A stretch of 64,000 nucleotides of DNA from Methanothrix sp. (GCA_963682135.1 OY821645.1:2048001-2112000); one strand, 5' to 3'; positions 27,755-38,974 are shown, numbered from the stretch's first letter. Notes: generated by a model not told the origin, from the sequence alone. Made by a program: numbers and translations.

Positions 27755-30172
27755 TCACTTCTTGGTCCTGATCTTTCTCGGCAGGTTGGTCGGATCGAAG
27801 CTTACATCAGCAGGCCGCAGCGGTCCGGAAAGGATCTTCTTGGCCTTCCAATCGATCGTCCAGCCAAACTTCGACTCGAGAGTCTTCATCATGTTCTCCT
27901 TGTATGCCAAGGGCAGATCCTTGACATCTCGAACGAAAATGTGCCAGTCGTCGGGCAATTTGCCGAAGTACTTCATGGAGATATCGCAGTAGTGGGTCAG
28001 CTTGATCGATCTGCCGATACTGTTATCGGAAGGTCTGAAGCAGAGCTTGGCCATCTCCAGCATGGCTTCTTCCTTGGTCTCAGCGATATACAGCATGGCC
28101 TCAGGTGCGGGCTCAATCTGCTGCATCTTGCCGTCGCGAGCATCGATGACCATCCAGTCCTCAGGCTTGTCCGTCCTGCCTATGAAGGAGCGGCGGTACA
28201 TGACGGAGTGTGGCTGAACTACCACAGGTATTCCCAGCCTGTTGCAGCCGGTTGCAATGGCGGCTGCCTTCTGAGAGTATGCACCCCAGGCGACACCGCA
28301 GGCGCCTACCTTGTTCAGGATGTAGTCGGCGATATCATCGAAATTGCCTCGGTGATTTCTGTGAGCGAAGATAGTGGCCACCTTGATGGCAGCATCGCCG
28401 ATATTGGCGTTGGAGACGCATGAGCCGGTGTTGCAGATGTTCCTGCCGTCAAAGCCGCCGGGATACTGCTCCCAGATGGTCTTGCCATCGGCATCGGTGT
28501 AAAGGGACATATCCATGGCCATGCATCCAGAGGTTACGACTATGTAGCCGCGGTCCACGAACTCCTTGGCCATATCGTAGGCTTCCTTGGTGCCGTTAGG
28601 ATAGTTGCTGCATCCGACAAGAGCAATGACTCCGGGAATGCTTCCCATGACAATGGGCATGCCCACAGCCCTGATCTCAGTGTCGCGCGCGGGGCCGCGT
28701 CCGGATCTCATCTTGAACTTCTGATCCTTGACAGCCTGGCGGTTAGCATACTCGAACAAATCGAGAATGTTTATGCCCTGTGGACAAACCTGCTCGCATC
28801 TGCCGCAGCCAACGCAAACCTCGTATGTGTTGGAGAAGGTGCTCAAGTCGCCCTTGACTGCATCGCCGATAAGCTTGCTGATTCGGATATGAGGCGGGCA
28901 GACGAAGGCGCATTCGTTACAGGTGGTGCACTTTTTGATGCCTTCCTGGAAGGCAGCCTCTGTGATCAGGCTCTGCGTCCTTGCCTCGGCACGCTTTGGC
29001 TTGACAGCAATAGCGGTCTTGATGCCCACAATTCCTGCCTTGGCTGGATCGAGAATAGCTACGCCTGGTACCTTGAAGTTCACCAGATCATCAACAATCT
29101 CATCTATGGGATCATTGGTCCTGTCCTTCAAGCCCAGCATGATCTTATCTGTAGTGGCAATGACCGGTATCTTGCGCTTTTCGGAATCCGCCAGCACATC
29201 ACACCAGACGCACTGCTCATCCACCATCACGCAGTCCATGACTCCGGCCCGGACCATCTTTCTCCACCAGCCAATCGCGCCAGCCACCTTGGGCTTGGTA
29301 CCTATGCCAGCAGGAACCTTGGCTTCGCCCTTGCCCAGGCCGATTCTGTTCAGGTCGTGGGCTGTGCAGCAAACGCCACCGATATCCACTTTATCCCAGA
29401 GGTTATTCTCTTCTGCGTAGACCATGGCCTCGGCACCAGCTGCCAGGTTATGGCCGTAGGCTATGAGAACACCCTTGTTCTGGTCCATAGTGCCCATGCC
29501 GATCTCGATGATTGGGGCATCAGCCGCACCACGGGGCATGTTGTAGGCCACGATCTGCAGCATATCGCAGATTTCCATGCCCAGCAAATCCAGCATGCCG
29601 GCGTGCAGAGCTTTGGACTCGAAGTCTATGTAGGCGCCCTCTTGGCCGGTATGGGTGGCAGCCAGAAGCTGTACGACCCCTTCCTCCAGGTAATAGAGCC
29701 CCTCATTGAAGTCTTTGAAGGATCTGGGCTTAGTGCCCATGATAGTCTGGTACAGGGGAGAGTCTACCAGAATCTCGTCGCCCATGTCGAACTTCATGTC
29801 GCCGAACTTATCCATGCACCAGTGGTAAAGGTGCCTGCCGTGGGCGGAGTGGGCACAGGTACCCATTAAACATGCAATCAAAACGATTTTGCCGCAGGCA
29901 CCGGCCTGATCAATGCCACAGGCACCGCGCTTGTTTCCGGTCAGGTCGCACGGACCGTAGGTACACAGCGAGCAGGTATCGTCTGCCGGTGCGTACATAA
30001 TCTTGTACCTGTTGGCGATGATGTGATCCCAGGTTCTGAGCGTTGCCACGCCTGGCTTGGGATGTGGACCCATCTCCTGGTCCCACTCCTCGGCCTCCTT
30101 AACGACAGCTCCGATGTTGATCTGGACGTTCTTCATGTCCTCAACCGAAAAGCTGCCCTCTTTTGTTGCCAT
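27755..30172 (-). CDS. cdhA: ACDS complex alpha subunit (CO dehydrogenase)
   Basis: CSLCTYGPCDL, GVCCTAHD, DEQC, two extra ferredoxin-type Cys motifs, GSCVSN, WGAYSQKA. Start at MATKEG after a GAGG RBS. Confidence 0.97.
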   Translation of the reverse strand: MATKEGSFSVEDMKNVQINIGAVVKEAEEWDQEMGPHPKPGVATLRTWDHIIANRYKIMYAPADDTCSLCTYGPCDLTGNKRGACGIDQAGACGKIVLIACLMGTCAHSAHGRHLYHWCMDKFGDMKFDMGDEILVDSPLYQTIMGTKPRSFKDFNEGLYYLEEGVVQLLAATHTGQEGAYIDFESKALHAGMLDLLGMEICDMLQIVAYNMPRGAADAPIIEIGMGTMDQNKGVLIAYGHNLAAGAEAMVYAEENNLWDKVDIGGVCCTAHDLNRIGLGKGEAKVPAGIGTKPKVAGAIGWWRKMVRAGVMDCVMVDEQCVWCDVLADSEKRKIPVIATTDKIMLGLKDRTNDPIDEIVDDLVNFKVPGVAILDPAKAGIVGIKTAIAVKPKRAEARTQSLITEAAFQEGIKKCTTCNECAFVCPPHIRISKLIGDAVKGDLSTFSNTYEVCVGCGRCEQVCPQGINILDLFEYANRQAVKDQKFKMRSGRGPARDTEIRAVGMPIVMGSIPGVIALVGCSNYPNGTKEAYDMAKEFVDRGYIVVTSGCMAMDMSLYTDADGKTIWEQYPGGFDGRNICNTGSCVSNANIGDAAIKVATIFAHRNHRGNFDDIADYILNKVGACGVAWGAYSQKAAAIATGCNRLGIPVVVQPHSVMYRRSFIGRTDKPEDWMVIDARDGKMQQIEPAPEAMLYIAETKEEAMLEMAKLCFRPSDNSIGRSIKLTHYCDISMKYFGKLPDDWHIFVRDVKDLPLAYKENMMKTLESKFGWTIDWKAKKILSGPLRPADVSFDPTNLPRKIRTKK

Positions 30173-30405
30173 CGGAATCTTAGCCTCCTCTTCCTTTGAT
30201 ATACGGCGTTTGGGTTCGCATAGAGTAGATAAAACACTTTCGGATATCAAATAATATAAAATTTGCGAGATCCTGAAGAATTTCATAGTAGTGTTTTTAT
30301 AAATTAACCAACATAGCATAGCGATGCCATCCAATCACGATCGTTAATGGAAGATTTTCCGTCCACAAGATTGAAATGCCATCAAAAATGAAGGCAAGGA
30401 AATCC

Positions 30406-31500
30406 ATGATAAACCGGATACGGAGGAGCTTTACCGGGGTGGCGGTTTGCCAGCATGGCGGCAAAGTGCAGGAGGCGGCATCTATTTTGGGAGCGGAGCC
30501 TTTAGACTTCTCTGCCAATATCAATCCACTGGGCTCACCGCCTCTCAAGGAATTGTTTTTAGAAGAGCTTAAACATTTAGGCCATTACCCGGACAGCAGC
30601 TACCGCAACTTTCGTCGCGCCGCCGCAAAATTCGTAAATGTTGATATGGATTGCATTGTGCCCGGCAACGGCTCTTCGGAGCTGATCCGGTTATTTGCCG
30701 AATGCTGCCTGGAGGATGGAGACACGGTCCTGGTGCCCACGCCCTCCTTTGGCGAGTACACTAACCAGTCGATGCTTGCCGGAGGAAATGTAATTAAAGT
30801 AGACATCGGAGAGGACGGCCTGCCCATATTAAGCGACCGACAGCTGGCGCAAGCGAAGCTGCTCTTCCTCTGCAACCCCAACAATCCCACAGGAAAGCTT
30901 CTTTCTGCAAGCCAGGTGACTGACCTTGCCGATCGATGCGAGGCATCTGAGACCTTCCTCCTGGTAGACGAGGCATTCATTGAGCTTTCTAAGCCCGAAG
31001 AGAGCGTGGCAACCCTCGCGCCGAATAGAGAATCGCTCTTCGTCATGAGGTCGCTCACCAAGTCCTTTGGAGTGCCCGGCCTGCGCCTGGGCTTTGGGGT
31101 GACAAACGTCGATTTAACCCGGATCATGAACCTGGCCAGAATCCCCTGGTCTATAGGCTCGCTCGCAGCGGCGGCGGCAGAATATCTGCTTGGCTGTGAT
31201 GAACATCTTATGCGTTCGCGGCAGATTATTAAGACGGAGATTGCCTGGCTGCAGGACTCCCTGCGGGGATTAGGGCTGCATCCCATTCCGAGCAGCGTCA
31301 ACTTCATTCTAGTGAACATAGAGCCTTGCGGTCTGGCATCCGATGTTCTGGCAAAGAGGTCCATGCGAGAAGGAGTGCTGGTGCGCGACTGCCAGTCCTT
31401 TGGCCTGGGCAAGAGCTACATCCGGGTAGCAGTACGAAGCCATAGCGAGAACAAGCAGCTGATCGCAGCCCTGGAGAAGGCTTTAGCATGCAGAGACTGA
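30406..31500 (+). CDS. cobD: L-threonine-O-3-phosphate decarboxylase (class I/II aminotransferase fold)
   Basis: HGG, DFSANINPLG, CNPNNPTG, DEAF, SLTKSFGVPGLRLG; upstream of cbiB. Confidence 0.88.
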   Translation: MINRIRRSFTGVAVCQHGGKVQEAASILGAEPLDFSANINPLGSPPLKELFLEELKHLGHYPDSSYRNFRRAAAKFVNVDMDCIVPGNGSSELIRLFAECCLEDGDTVLVPTPSFGEYTNQSMLAGGNVIKVDIGEDGLPILSDRQLAQAKLLFLCNPNNPTGKLLSASQVTDLADRCEASETFLLVDEAFIELSKPEESVATLAPNRESLFVMRSLTKSFGVPGLRLGFGVTNVDLTRIMNLARIPWSIGSLAAAAAEYLLGCDEHLMRSRQIIKTEIAWLQDSLRGLGLHPIPSSVNFILVNIEPCGLASDVLAKRSMREGVLVRDCQSFGLGKSYIRVAVRSHSENKQLIAALEKALACRD

Positions 31501-31730
31501 ATTGCGAGAAATTTCCCTGTCACTCTCTGGATCAGGACTGCTCCCTCTGCTTTTGTCCATTTTATCCCTGCCTGGACAGGAGAACAGGCGGCAGAGAGCA
31601 GGACGGAAGCTGGTTTTGCGGCTCATGCCTGTTCATCCACCGCCCGGAGGTGGCCGGCATGATATTGGACGCACTCATGAACGGCGAGGCTCTTGGCACC
31701 GTCTGGAAAAAGCTGGAGGAAGAGCTGTGA
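31488..31730 (+). CDS. Cysteine-rich small domain protein (cobalamin-gene associated)
   Basis: CEKFPCH...DCSLCFCPFYPC...WFCGSCLFIH. Confidence 0.85.
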   Translation: MQRLNCEKFPCHSLDQDCSLCFCPFYPCLDRRTGGREQDGSWFCGSCLFIHRPEVAGMILDALMNGEALGTVWKKLEEEL

Positions 31731-31740
31731 GGAGACCGCA

Positions 31741-32694
31741 ATGATTACAGAAAGCCTGGCAGTATTTCTCCTGGCTGCGGCCTACGACATCTTCTTAGGC
31801 GAGATGCCGGCAAAAGTACACCCCGTGGTCTGGATAGGGAAACTGATCGCCTTCCTGCGCGCGCGGGCCAGGCCCACTCGGGCGAGCGGAATTGCTCTGG
31901 CCATAACAGTGATAGTAGTAACCGTTCTGGCCGGCCACCTGGCAGTGATGGCAGCAGGATTTGTGCCGCTACTTCCCCTATTAGTCTCTGCCTATCTTCT
32001 GAAGTCCACCTTCGCGATCCGCTGTCTTTTGCAGGTCTCTAGGGATATCGGACTGATGATCGACCGAGACATGAACGAGGCCAAGTCAATGCTTCCTGCA
32101 TTAGTGGGCCGCGATACCGCCCAGCTCAGCAAAAGCCAGGCCAGTTCGGCAGTGATAGAATCGCTCTCCGAGAACTATGTGGACGCAGTCCTATCGCCCA
32201 TATTTTACTACCTGCTCTTTGCTCCTTTTGGCCTGGGCCTCGAGGCCGCTCTGGCTTTCAAAGCCATCAGCACCATGGACTCCATGATAGGCTACAAAAC
32301 CAAAGGCCTCAAGGAGCTGGGCTTTGCCGGAGCCAAGCTCGACGATCTGGCAAACTATATTCCTGCTCGCTTATCCGTTATTCTCATCGCCCTGGCCAGG
32401 CCGGCCGGCGCAAGCGCGGCCCTGCGCGCAGCGCTGCGCGATCATGGCAGAACGCCCAGCCCCAACTCCGGCTGGCCCATGGCAGCCCTGGCCGGCGCTC
32501 TGCATATCCGCCTGGAGAAGCCCGGCTACTATGTGCTGGAGGAAGATGGCAACGAGCCGGAGACCTCGGATGTGCCGCGCGCCCTGCATCTTATGCAGAC
32601 TGCAATCGCTATCACCCTGGCCGCGGCATTATTGATCCTGTTCTTCCAGCCGATAGAATCATGGACCATCGTCCTATGGCCCACTAAACTGTAA
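31741..32694 (+). CDS. cbiB: Adenosylcobinamide-phosphate synthase
   Basis: HPVVWIG, LVGRDT, ESLSEN, DSMIGY, DDLANYIPAR, SPNSGWPMAA. Confidence 0.95.
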   Translation: MITESLAVFLLAAAYDIFLGEMPAKVHPVVWIGKLIAFLRARARPTRASGIALAITVIVVTVLAGHLAVMAAGFVPLLPLLVSAYLLKSTFAIRCLLQVSRDIGLMIDRDMNEAKSMLPALVGRDTAQLSKSQASSAVIESLSENYVDAVLSPIFYYLLFAPFGLGLEAALAFKAISTMDSMIGYKTKGLKELGFAGAKLDDLANYIPARLSVILIALARPAGASAALRAALRDHGRTPSPNSGWPMAALAGALHIRLEKPGYYVLEEDGNEPETSDVPRALHLMQTAIAITLAAALLILFFQPIESWTIVLWPTKL

Positions 32695-32893
32695 TTTCGT
32701 AATATGGAATGATATTCTGGTTTCAATTCAGTCAATATCATTCCTGAGAGAAACCGCACTGTATATTGATTGCACAATTCTTGCCATCTGGAAGAAAAGA
32801 AGAACCGGCGGAGATAAAAAGAACCATTGAATAAAAAATATAGTAAGATTGACCACAAATCCACACAGGAACCCTTGGCCAATCCCTCGGGGG

Positions 32894-33649
32894 TTAGCTC
32901 GTTGCCAGATAGACTTTTACGTAGCTCGCTTTAAGATCGCCCGCTTTGGCAGGCAGCTCTTCTGCTTTGTTCTCTTTTGCCAGGTCCATTACCTCATCCA
33001 AGCTGGCCCTTATGGATTTGATTCCCGGCTCGGAGCTGATAGCCTCTACGGCTCGCAATTTTTCATCTGCCTTGGGGTAGACCTCCAACACCATAGAAGC
33101 GTCCTTTTTATTGGCGCCGTCCAATACTTGCTCCATGACGTCATGGAAATCAACCAATGCCACGCTCAAAGGCAGTAAACCACTGCGAATGAGGATCTTC
33201 TGGAAGATCGGCCGGACTCCTTCAAGCTTTGTATGAGCTTGTGTCAGGTTTCCGGTGTAGATGTCATCCTTAACATCAGAAATAATGGCAGATGCATTTG
33301 CCATATCTCCAGAAAATTGTTCATCGGAGGCAATCACCGCAGGACGATAGTCCTCATACTTCTTCTGGAAGGCTGTCAAGGCAACCGTGAGATTTTCGTA
33401 TAGATTGATGGATTCGTTACGCTTTCCCTGTCCTGTGGCAAAAAGCGTCTCTTTGTAGGGATTATTGACCGAGTTGAAGTCATCTAAAAAGAGACTGTTA
33501 TTTGCAGTCTGGTTTTGACCAGTTTCCTGTGCGGCCAGCATGATATCAACATTATCCGTCCCATTGACCGGACCCTGCGCACCCTCTGTTTCTGATGCCA
33601 TGGATAGAGATGATATCATCATTAATATCAAAATTATTTTATACATCAT
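32894..33649 (-). CDS. Secreted alpha-helical hypothetical protein
   Basis: Signal peptide followed by amphipathic helices; no recognisable catalytic motif. Confidence 0.75.
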   Translation of the reverse strand: MMYKIILILMMISSLSMASETEGAQGPVNGTDNVDIMLAAQETGQNQTANNSLFLDDFNSVNNPYKETLFATGQGKRNESINLYENLTVALTAFQKKYEDYRPAVIASDEQFSGDMANASAIISDVKDDIYTGNLTQAHTKLEGVRPIFQKILIRSGLLPLSVALVDFHDVMEQVLDGANKKDASMVLEVYPKADEKLRAVEAISSEPGIKSIRASLDEVMDLAKENKAEELPAKAGDLKASYVKVYLATS

Positions 33650-33813
33650 GCAATCATTTCCCAAAATTTGTTATTAGCTTGTGCACAATATTATTTAACG
33701 ATTTCGAAGAAAATTTCCGGCTCCTGAGATTGAAAGAGGGCAAAGACAAATGCTTCATCCACCAGATCCATTCAGCATAATGTTTATCCGATTCAAGAGA
33801 AGAGTGTTTGCAA

Positions 33814-34464
33814 ATGGAAACTATGGGAGATCTCCTGGAGAAGGTTCGCGAGTTTGCGCATCATAGCTTCACCAAAGAAGAGGCCCAAAAGCTCTTTGGA
33901 TGGAACGTGCGCGATATCGCAGTCAAGAGTGCCGAGAGCGACGAGAGCTATATTTACATCACCTTTGAAAACGGCTATACGTTATTCATCAGGTACTTCC
34001 TCAACTTAGATCCAACCGAGACAGAGGACACCTGCGAGTTTACCCTGGGCTTGCAGACCGACCTGCGCTCCCGCATTAAATATGACATTCATTATGCAGG
34101 CTACATACATGGCCAGGGATACATCCGACTACGCATCGCCGAAACCAAAAACCGAATGGCGCAGATAGTGCTGGAAGAATTTTATGTCCCTGCCATAAAG
34201 AATATCTACAAACCTATAATCCTCAAATTTCAGGGCTTTTATGGCCGCGACTTCTTTGGTGTGGAGGCAGAAAAAGCCCGCGGCGAGATCTTTTATGCTC
34301 CGGTTCGCTACCGGAGTGAACATAAGGCTGCTCGCATCGGTGAGGTGATGGGAAGACTGACAGAGCTGGATCTTCTCCTTAGAGAGCCGCAGATCAGACA
34401 TGCCCTGGCGGAAAACGACCTGCAGTTGAGCCTGCTTCCCAACATGGTCTGGTCCGACCTCTAG
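33814..34464 (+). CDS. Hypothetical protein
   Basis: Clean ORF of about 216 aa with normal composition. Confidence 0.75.
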   Translation: METMGDLLEKVREFAHHSFTKEEAQKLFGWNVRDIAVKSAESDESYIYITFENGYTLFIRYFLNLDPTETEDTCEFTLGLQTDLRSRIKYDIHYAGYIHGQGYIRLRIAETKNRMAQIVLEEFYVPAIKNIYKPIILKFQGFYGRDFFGVEAEKARGEIFYAPVRYRSEHKAARIGEVMGRLTELDLLLREPQIRHALAENDLQLSLLPNMVWSDL

Positions 34465-37400
34465 TAGATCCCGTGCTGCAATGGCAAAGGCGACGGCTCA
34501 GGCAGCTTTTCAGAAGTCTCTCTTTCCTTCTTTGCATGCAGAATTTTGCTGCTGGGACTTTCCTTATGGCAGGATATTTGCGGGCCGCCGGCGCAGTTCT
34601 GTGCACCATCATCCTTGCAGCCTGCATGCTCCATGCATCCAACCCTGCCAGCCTCTCGCCCCCGAAGTGCTGCCATCTCCTCTGCTCGCGCATAATCACC
34701 CTGGGCCAGGAAGAGACGACTAAGATCCTGGTATAGGATCAGTGAATCATGCATTGCTCCCAAGCGGCCCATGGCAGCCAGCGCCTTTTGTAGCTTGACC
34801 AGGGCTTCGGGATAATCTTTGACCTGAAATGCCAGCCGCCCTAGATTGGCCATAGCTTTGGCTTCTTCATAGGGGTTGGACTGCATTCTTGCTTGGGATA
34901 AAGCCCTCTCAAAACGGCTCTTTCCCTCATGATAGCGCCCTTCTTTCTGATGGAGTTCTCCTTGCGTATTGTAAAGCTTGATATTGAGAATGGGATAATC
35001 GGTGCGAGATATGAGCGACTCCGCCCTGCTGAGATAGAATTTAGCCTCAGCCAGCCGCTCCTCCCGGATCAGGAACTGCGCCCTGGCCATATATCCCTCG
35101 CACAGATCCGGCAGAGCTTCCAGCTCCTCCAGGAGATCGATGGCCTGGCGGAAGTGATCTTCGGCCTCTTTTGCCTGGCCCTTCATGCCAAGAATGGTGC
35201 CCAGATTTAGCCTGGCCTGAGCAATGCATGGCGCAGCATCAAGCCTTTGAAAGATCTCCAGGGCCTCACCTAAGAGAGCGAAGGCTCCATCTAAATCACC
35301 TTTATCTTCAAAAACGAGGGCCATATTGAAACGGATCTGAGCCTGGCTGTAAATCTCCCCTACAGCCGAAAAGAGTTGCAGGCTCTCCTGGTAGCAGGAA
35401 AGAGCAGCCTCCCACTGGCAGCGATCTGCCAGAGAGCCAGCCAGTGCACTGAGCACCTCTGCCTGACCGCAGAGGTCTCCTTGTGCTTTCAACTCACCAA
35501 CCTGCTTGTAATAATCATCAAGATCATCGGGAATGTCGCTTCGGCCAGGACGTAGCATGTCGATATTGGACTGCATCTCCAGGGCGCCCTGCCCGTCTCC
35601 CAGGCGCCTAAAAATCTCCAGGCCCCTTAAGAAATGCTCCTTTGCTAAACTGCGCTCGCCTCTGCCATGGTAGAAGTTGCCCAGGTTGCCCAAAACCCGC
35701 GCCGCCCCGGCCATATCATCCAGCCTCTCGAAGAGATCCAGGCTCTCCTGGTAGCACTCTAAAGCCTGGGACCATTCACCTCTCTTGTAGCATAGGCTGG
35801 CCATATTGCTCAAGACGGATGCCTGGCTTTTGTCATCACCCACTCTGGCAAAACCATCGCAACTCTGGCGGTAGCTCTCAATAGCCTTCGTCCAATCGCC
35901 ACGCCGGTAACAGATATTGGCCAGATTGTTCCTGGCCACAGCCATGGAATACTCATCGCCCAGCCGCTCCAAGATTGTCAGGCTCTCCTCATAGTTTTGC
36001 AGAGCATGATCCCACTCACCCAGATCTGCCAGCAGATTTCCCCAAGAGCATAATACTGCAGCCAAAGCATCCGATTCTCCCAGGGAGCGAAGGGCATCCG
36101 ATGCCAGGACGTAGCTGGCCTCTGCCTCTTGCCATAGACCAAGCCGAAGAGATACATTGACAAGGCCATCCAAAGCTGCTGTTATGACCGGGGAGTTCTC
36201 CTGCCTCATTCCCATTTGGAGGCATTCCTGAAAATACTTCATAGCTTCCTTTAGCTCTCCCTTCTTGGCCTTTGCCCCGGCCAGACCAAGGAGCGACTTC
36301 CCCTCACTCCTCAGGTCGCTGACCTCTCGGAAGATAGCCAGGCTCTGCCGGTACATCTCCTCCGCCGTTTCCAGCTCGTCCTCCTGGTAATAGGCAGCTG
36401 CCAGATTGGCCAGAGTTGTGGCCACGCCATGCTGGTCATTTTGAGCGCGCTTGGCATCCAGACTCAAATTATAGCATAAAATAGCCTTACGTGTGTCTCC
36501 TAGATCTGAGTGCAGATTTCCCAGATTGTTTTGCGCCAGAGAAAAACCGTGAAGATCTCCCAGATCTTCATAAGCCGTAGCGGCCTGCTCAAAATATTCC
36601 CGAGCATAATCCCATTCGCCCTTGCACTGAGCTGTCAGACCTAAAGAAAGCTTAATACTCGCTTCGCCGGCCATATCAGTCCCGTCTCTGGCCGCGAGGC
36701 TTTTTTGCAGGTAATCTTCCGCAAGAGAGAACTCTCCTTTGCTCTGGTAGATAAGACCCAAATTAGCCTCTGTCTGGTACTTGCCCTGCTCATTGCCCAG
36801 CTGCGAGAAGATCTCTAAAGCGCGACCGTAGAAGTTTAGAGCATCCTCCTGTTCCCCATTTAAATGACATAAGCTTCCCAGATTGGATAGAGCTTCCGCT
36901 GCGGGAAGCCATTTTTCGTTCTGCATCAGCAGATCTGCGGCCCTCTGAAAACAGTCTTTTCCAGGGCAGTATTCCCGCCGGTCGGCATGAATCAGTCCCA
37001 TGCAGCTATATGCATCGGCAATTGCGCCGGGGTCATTTAACTGCTCTCTGATCTCCAGGCATTGCCGGGAGCATTGCAGAGCTTCATCAAGCCGATTTTG
37101 CATGCGATAATTGCCGGCAAGCAATACGAGCAGATCGGCAACGCTGCCCAGGTCGCCCTGACCATGCATGATCTCTCTGGCCCTCTCTAAATGACCCTCT
37201 GCCAGGACATAATCGCCTAAATCCAGGAAGCATTGCCCTATGCGACCCTGAGCACGAGCTGCCAGGAGACTGTCGCCTTCTTCTAAGGCCGGCAGGCTTT
37301 TTTCATAATGGATAGCAGCCTCATTATACCTGCCTTCCAGGAAAAAGAAATCCGCTAGTTGAAAGCGCATCCTGGCAGCGGACAAAATATCACCAATATC

Positions 37401-38186
37401 TTGCAGATAATGCAGGGCTTTTTCCAGGCAGCTTTCCACTCGATTCGCCGCCCCCGTAAGCTGATAGATAGAGGCAAGCGCTGCGAGCGATGCCGCCATT
37501 TTCCTGCGGTCCTGGACCTTCTCCCTCCCAGAGAGGCTCTTTTGATAGAATTCCTCCGCCTCGCCATAGTTGCCCTTTATCTGGCAGAGCTCTCCCAGGC
37601 AATGAAGCGCATCGGCCCGGCGGGAGTGATCTTCGCCATCGAGCAAGCGAAGCATTTTAGAATAGCACTGCTCCGCTTTTGACATATCCCCTCGCCGACA
37701 ACTGGCCCTGCCTAAATTTGCCAGAACGGTGCACATCAGAGAAGGACTCTTGTTCTCATCAAGGATCAACAAGGCTTTTTCATAGAACCGGCAGGCTCGA
37801 TCCCAGTCCTCATCATCGCTGCAAAGGCGTCCCATGCAATTGCAAACCAACGCCCTTCCCTCATCATCCCCCTGCGCCTGGGCCAGACGGGCACTCTTCT
37901 CAAAGTACTCCTCTGCTGCGTGGCGAAAGAAGAGGCTGGCGGCCAGTCTGCCTAAATTAAACCATGCAGTTGAGCTGCTACTGCCTGAGAGTGAATCAGC
38001 CAAGCCGGCAAGCATCCTTTGCATCTGATCCTCATCGGAGGAGAGTATGGACTCAATTAAGGGTGAAACGAGATCGGACCCCTGGAGTGAGAGCGCACGC
38101 AGTCGTTTTGGCTCGTAGCCTCCTGGCTGGCAAAGGACATCGGCCAGGATTCCTAGAGAGAAGACGCTGCTATCATCAGTCATCAT
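34461..38186 (-). CDS. Large tetratricopeptide-repeat protein
   Basis: Serial ~40-aa repeats of the form A...NLG..Y...G....A...Y..SL over more than 1000 aa. Confidence 0.92.
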   Translation of the reverse strand: MMTDDSSVFSLGILADVLCQPGGYEPKRLRALSLQGSDLVSPLIESILSSDEDQMQRMLAGLADSLSGSSSSTAWFNLGRLAASLFFRHAAEEYFEKSARLAQAQGDDEGRALVCNCMGRLCSDDEDWDRACRFYEKALLILDENKSPSLMCTVLANLGRASCRRGDMSKAEQCYSKMLRLLDGEDHSRRADALHCLGELCQIKGNYGEAEEFYQKSLSGREKVQDRRKMAASLAALASIYQLTGAANRVESCLEKALHYLQDIGDILSAARMRFQLADFFFLEGRYNEAAIHYEKSLPALEEGDSLLAARAQGRIGQCFLDLGDYVLAEGHLERAREIMHGQGDLGSVADLLVLLAGNYRMQNRLDEALQCSRQCLEIREQLNDPGAIADAYSCMGLIHADRREYCPGKDCFQRAADLLMQNEKWLPAAEALSNLGSLCHLNGEQEDALNFYGRALEIFSQLGNEQGKYQTEANLGLIYQSKGEFSLAEDYLQKSLAARDGTDMAGEASIKLSLGLTAQCKGEWDYAREYFEQAATAYEDLGDLHGFSLAQNNLGNLHSDLGDTRKAILCYNLSLDAKRAQNDQHGVATTLANLAAAYYQEDELETAEEMYRQSLAIFREVSDLRSEGKSLLGLAGAKAKKGELKEAMKYFQECLQMGMRQENSPVITAALDGLVNVSLRLGLWQEAEASYVLASDALRSLGESDALAAVLCSWGNLLADLGEWDHALQNYEESLTILERLGDEYSMAVARNNLANICYRRGDWTKAIESYRQSCDGFARVGDDKSQASVLSNMASLCYKRGEWSQALECYQESLDLFERLDDMAGAARVLGNLGNFYHGRGERSLAKEHFLRGLEIFRRLGDGQGALEMQSNIDMLRPGRSDIPDDLDDYYKQVGELKAQGDLCGQAEVLSALAGSLADRCQWEAALSCYQESLQLFSAVGEIYSQAQIRFNMALVFEDKGDLDGAFALLGEALEIFQRLDAAPCIAQARLNLGTILGMKGQAKEAEDHFRQAIDLLEELEALPDLCEGYMARAQFLIREERLAEAKFYLSRAESLISRTDYPILNIKLYNTQGELHQKEGRYHEGKSRFERALSQARMQSNPYEEAKAMANLGRLAFQVKDYPEALVKLQKALAAMGRLGAMHDSLILYQDLSRLFLAQGDYARAEEMAALRGREAGRVGCMEHAGCKDDGAQNCAGGPQISCHKESPSSKILHAKKERETSEKLPEPSPLPLQHGIY

Positions 38187-38584
38187 TTCCACCCGCAGTT
38201 AACAGAAGTAATTGATATCATATGTAAAAAGAATTGTATCGACGATCTTGCACATAGATATACAGAAAAATTTGTTATAGTATTAGTCCAAGACATGAAC
38301 CATTGCTTTTCCATATCACATAGCGGATCAGTATCAAGTATCATATCTTCCCCCCTACAACCGCTAAAATATTCACCATTAACCTATTCTTTCCGTATTA
38401 ACTGTCCCGCCATATATAAGTTACTATTTCTTTAGATTGTTATTTTCATAACTAGATTATATTAAAATGTATTTTAATAAATTAACGGCAGATTGGTGAT
38501 CCAATTACAATAAATGAAAATAATTGGTCATTGCAAACAAAAAAATTAAGTAAAAAATATGAACTGGCCCCGTAAAGAAAAGAG

Positions 38585-38971
38585 CTACTTTAAAACCAGC
38601 TTCAAAGCACGCTGAGGGCAGCCCATGATGCAAGCACCACACTGAATGCACTTACCTGAATCGGCCACGACCAGCCAATCCTCGAAACGAAATGCGCCCG
38701 TGGGACAAATGGAAACACATGCCCCACAATGCACGCACTCATTTTCATCTCTGATGACGGGAATCTCCAAGGGCACAACCTTTACCCCGCGCCTCTCAAA
38801 TGCCTCCTTTACCATCAAACACTTGTCTTGGGGCACTTCCAGCACGATCTCACCACTCACTGCATCGATGCTGGCTCTCTCGATGTTCACCAGAGCACCG
38901 GTCTCCAGAATAACTGAAGCAATGAGAGGATAACGCACAATTCCAGGAGCTACATGCAGCATTAATTTCAT
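38585..38971 (-). CDS. NIL domain plus 2x[4Fe-4S] ferredoxin (homocysteine synthesis partner)
   Basis: N-terminal NIL-like domain, CVHCGACVSICP and CIQCGACIMGCP; directly downstream of the DUF39-CBS gene. Confidence 0.9.
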   Translation of the reverse strand: MKLMLHVAPGIVRYPLIASVILETGALVNIERASIDAVSGEIVLEVPQDKCLMVKEAFERRGVKVVPLEIPVIRDENECVHCGACVSICPTGAFRFEDWLVVADSGKCIQCGACIMGCPQRALKLVLK

Positions 38972-38974
38972 TAA

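Noticed and set aside
22133-29869. Long antisense/alternative-frame ORFs within the cdh operon
   Set aside because: Shadow ORFs of highly biased, well-identified genes.
38200-38580. AT-rich gap as a replication origin
   Set aside because: No ORB repeats and no adjacent cdc6/orc1; it is adequately explained as terminator plus promoter.
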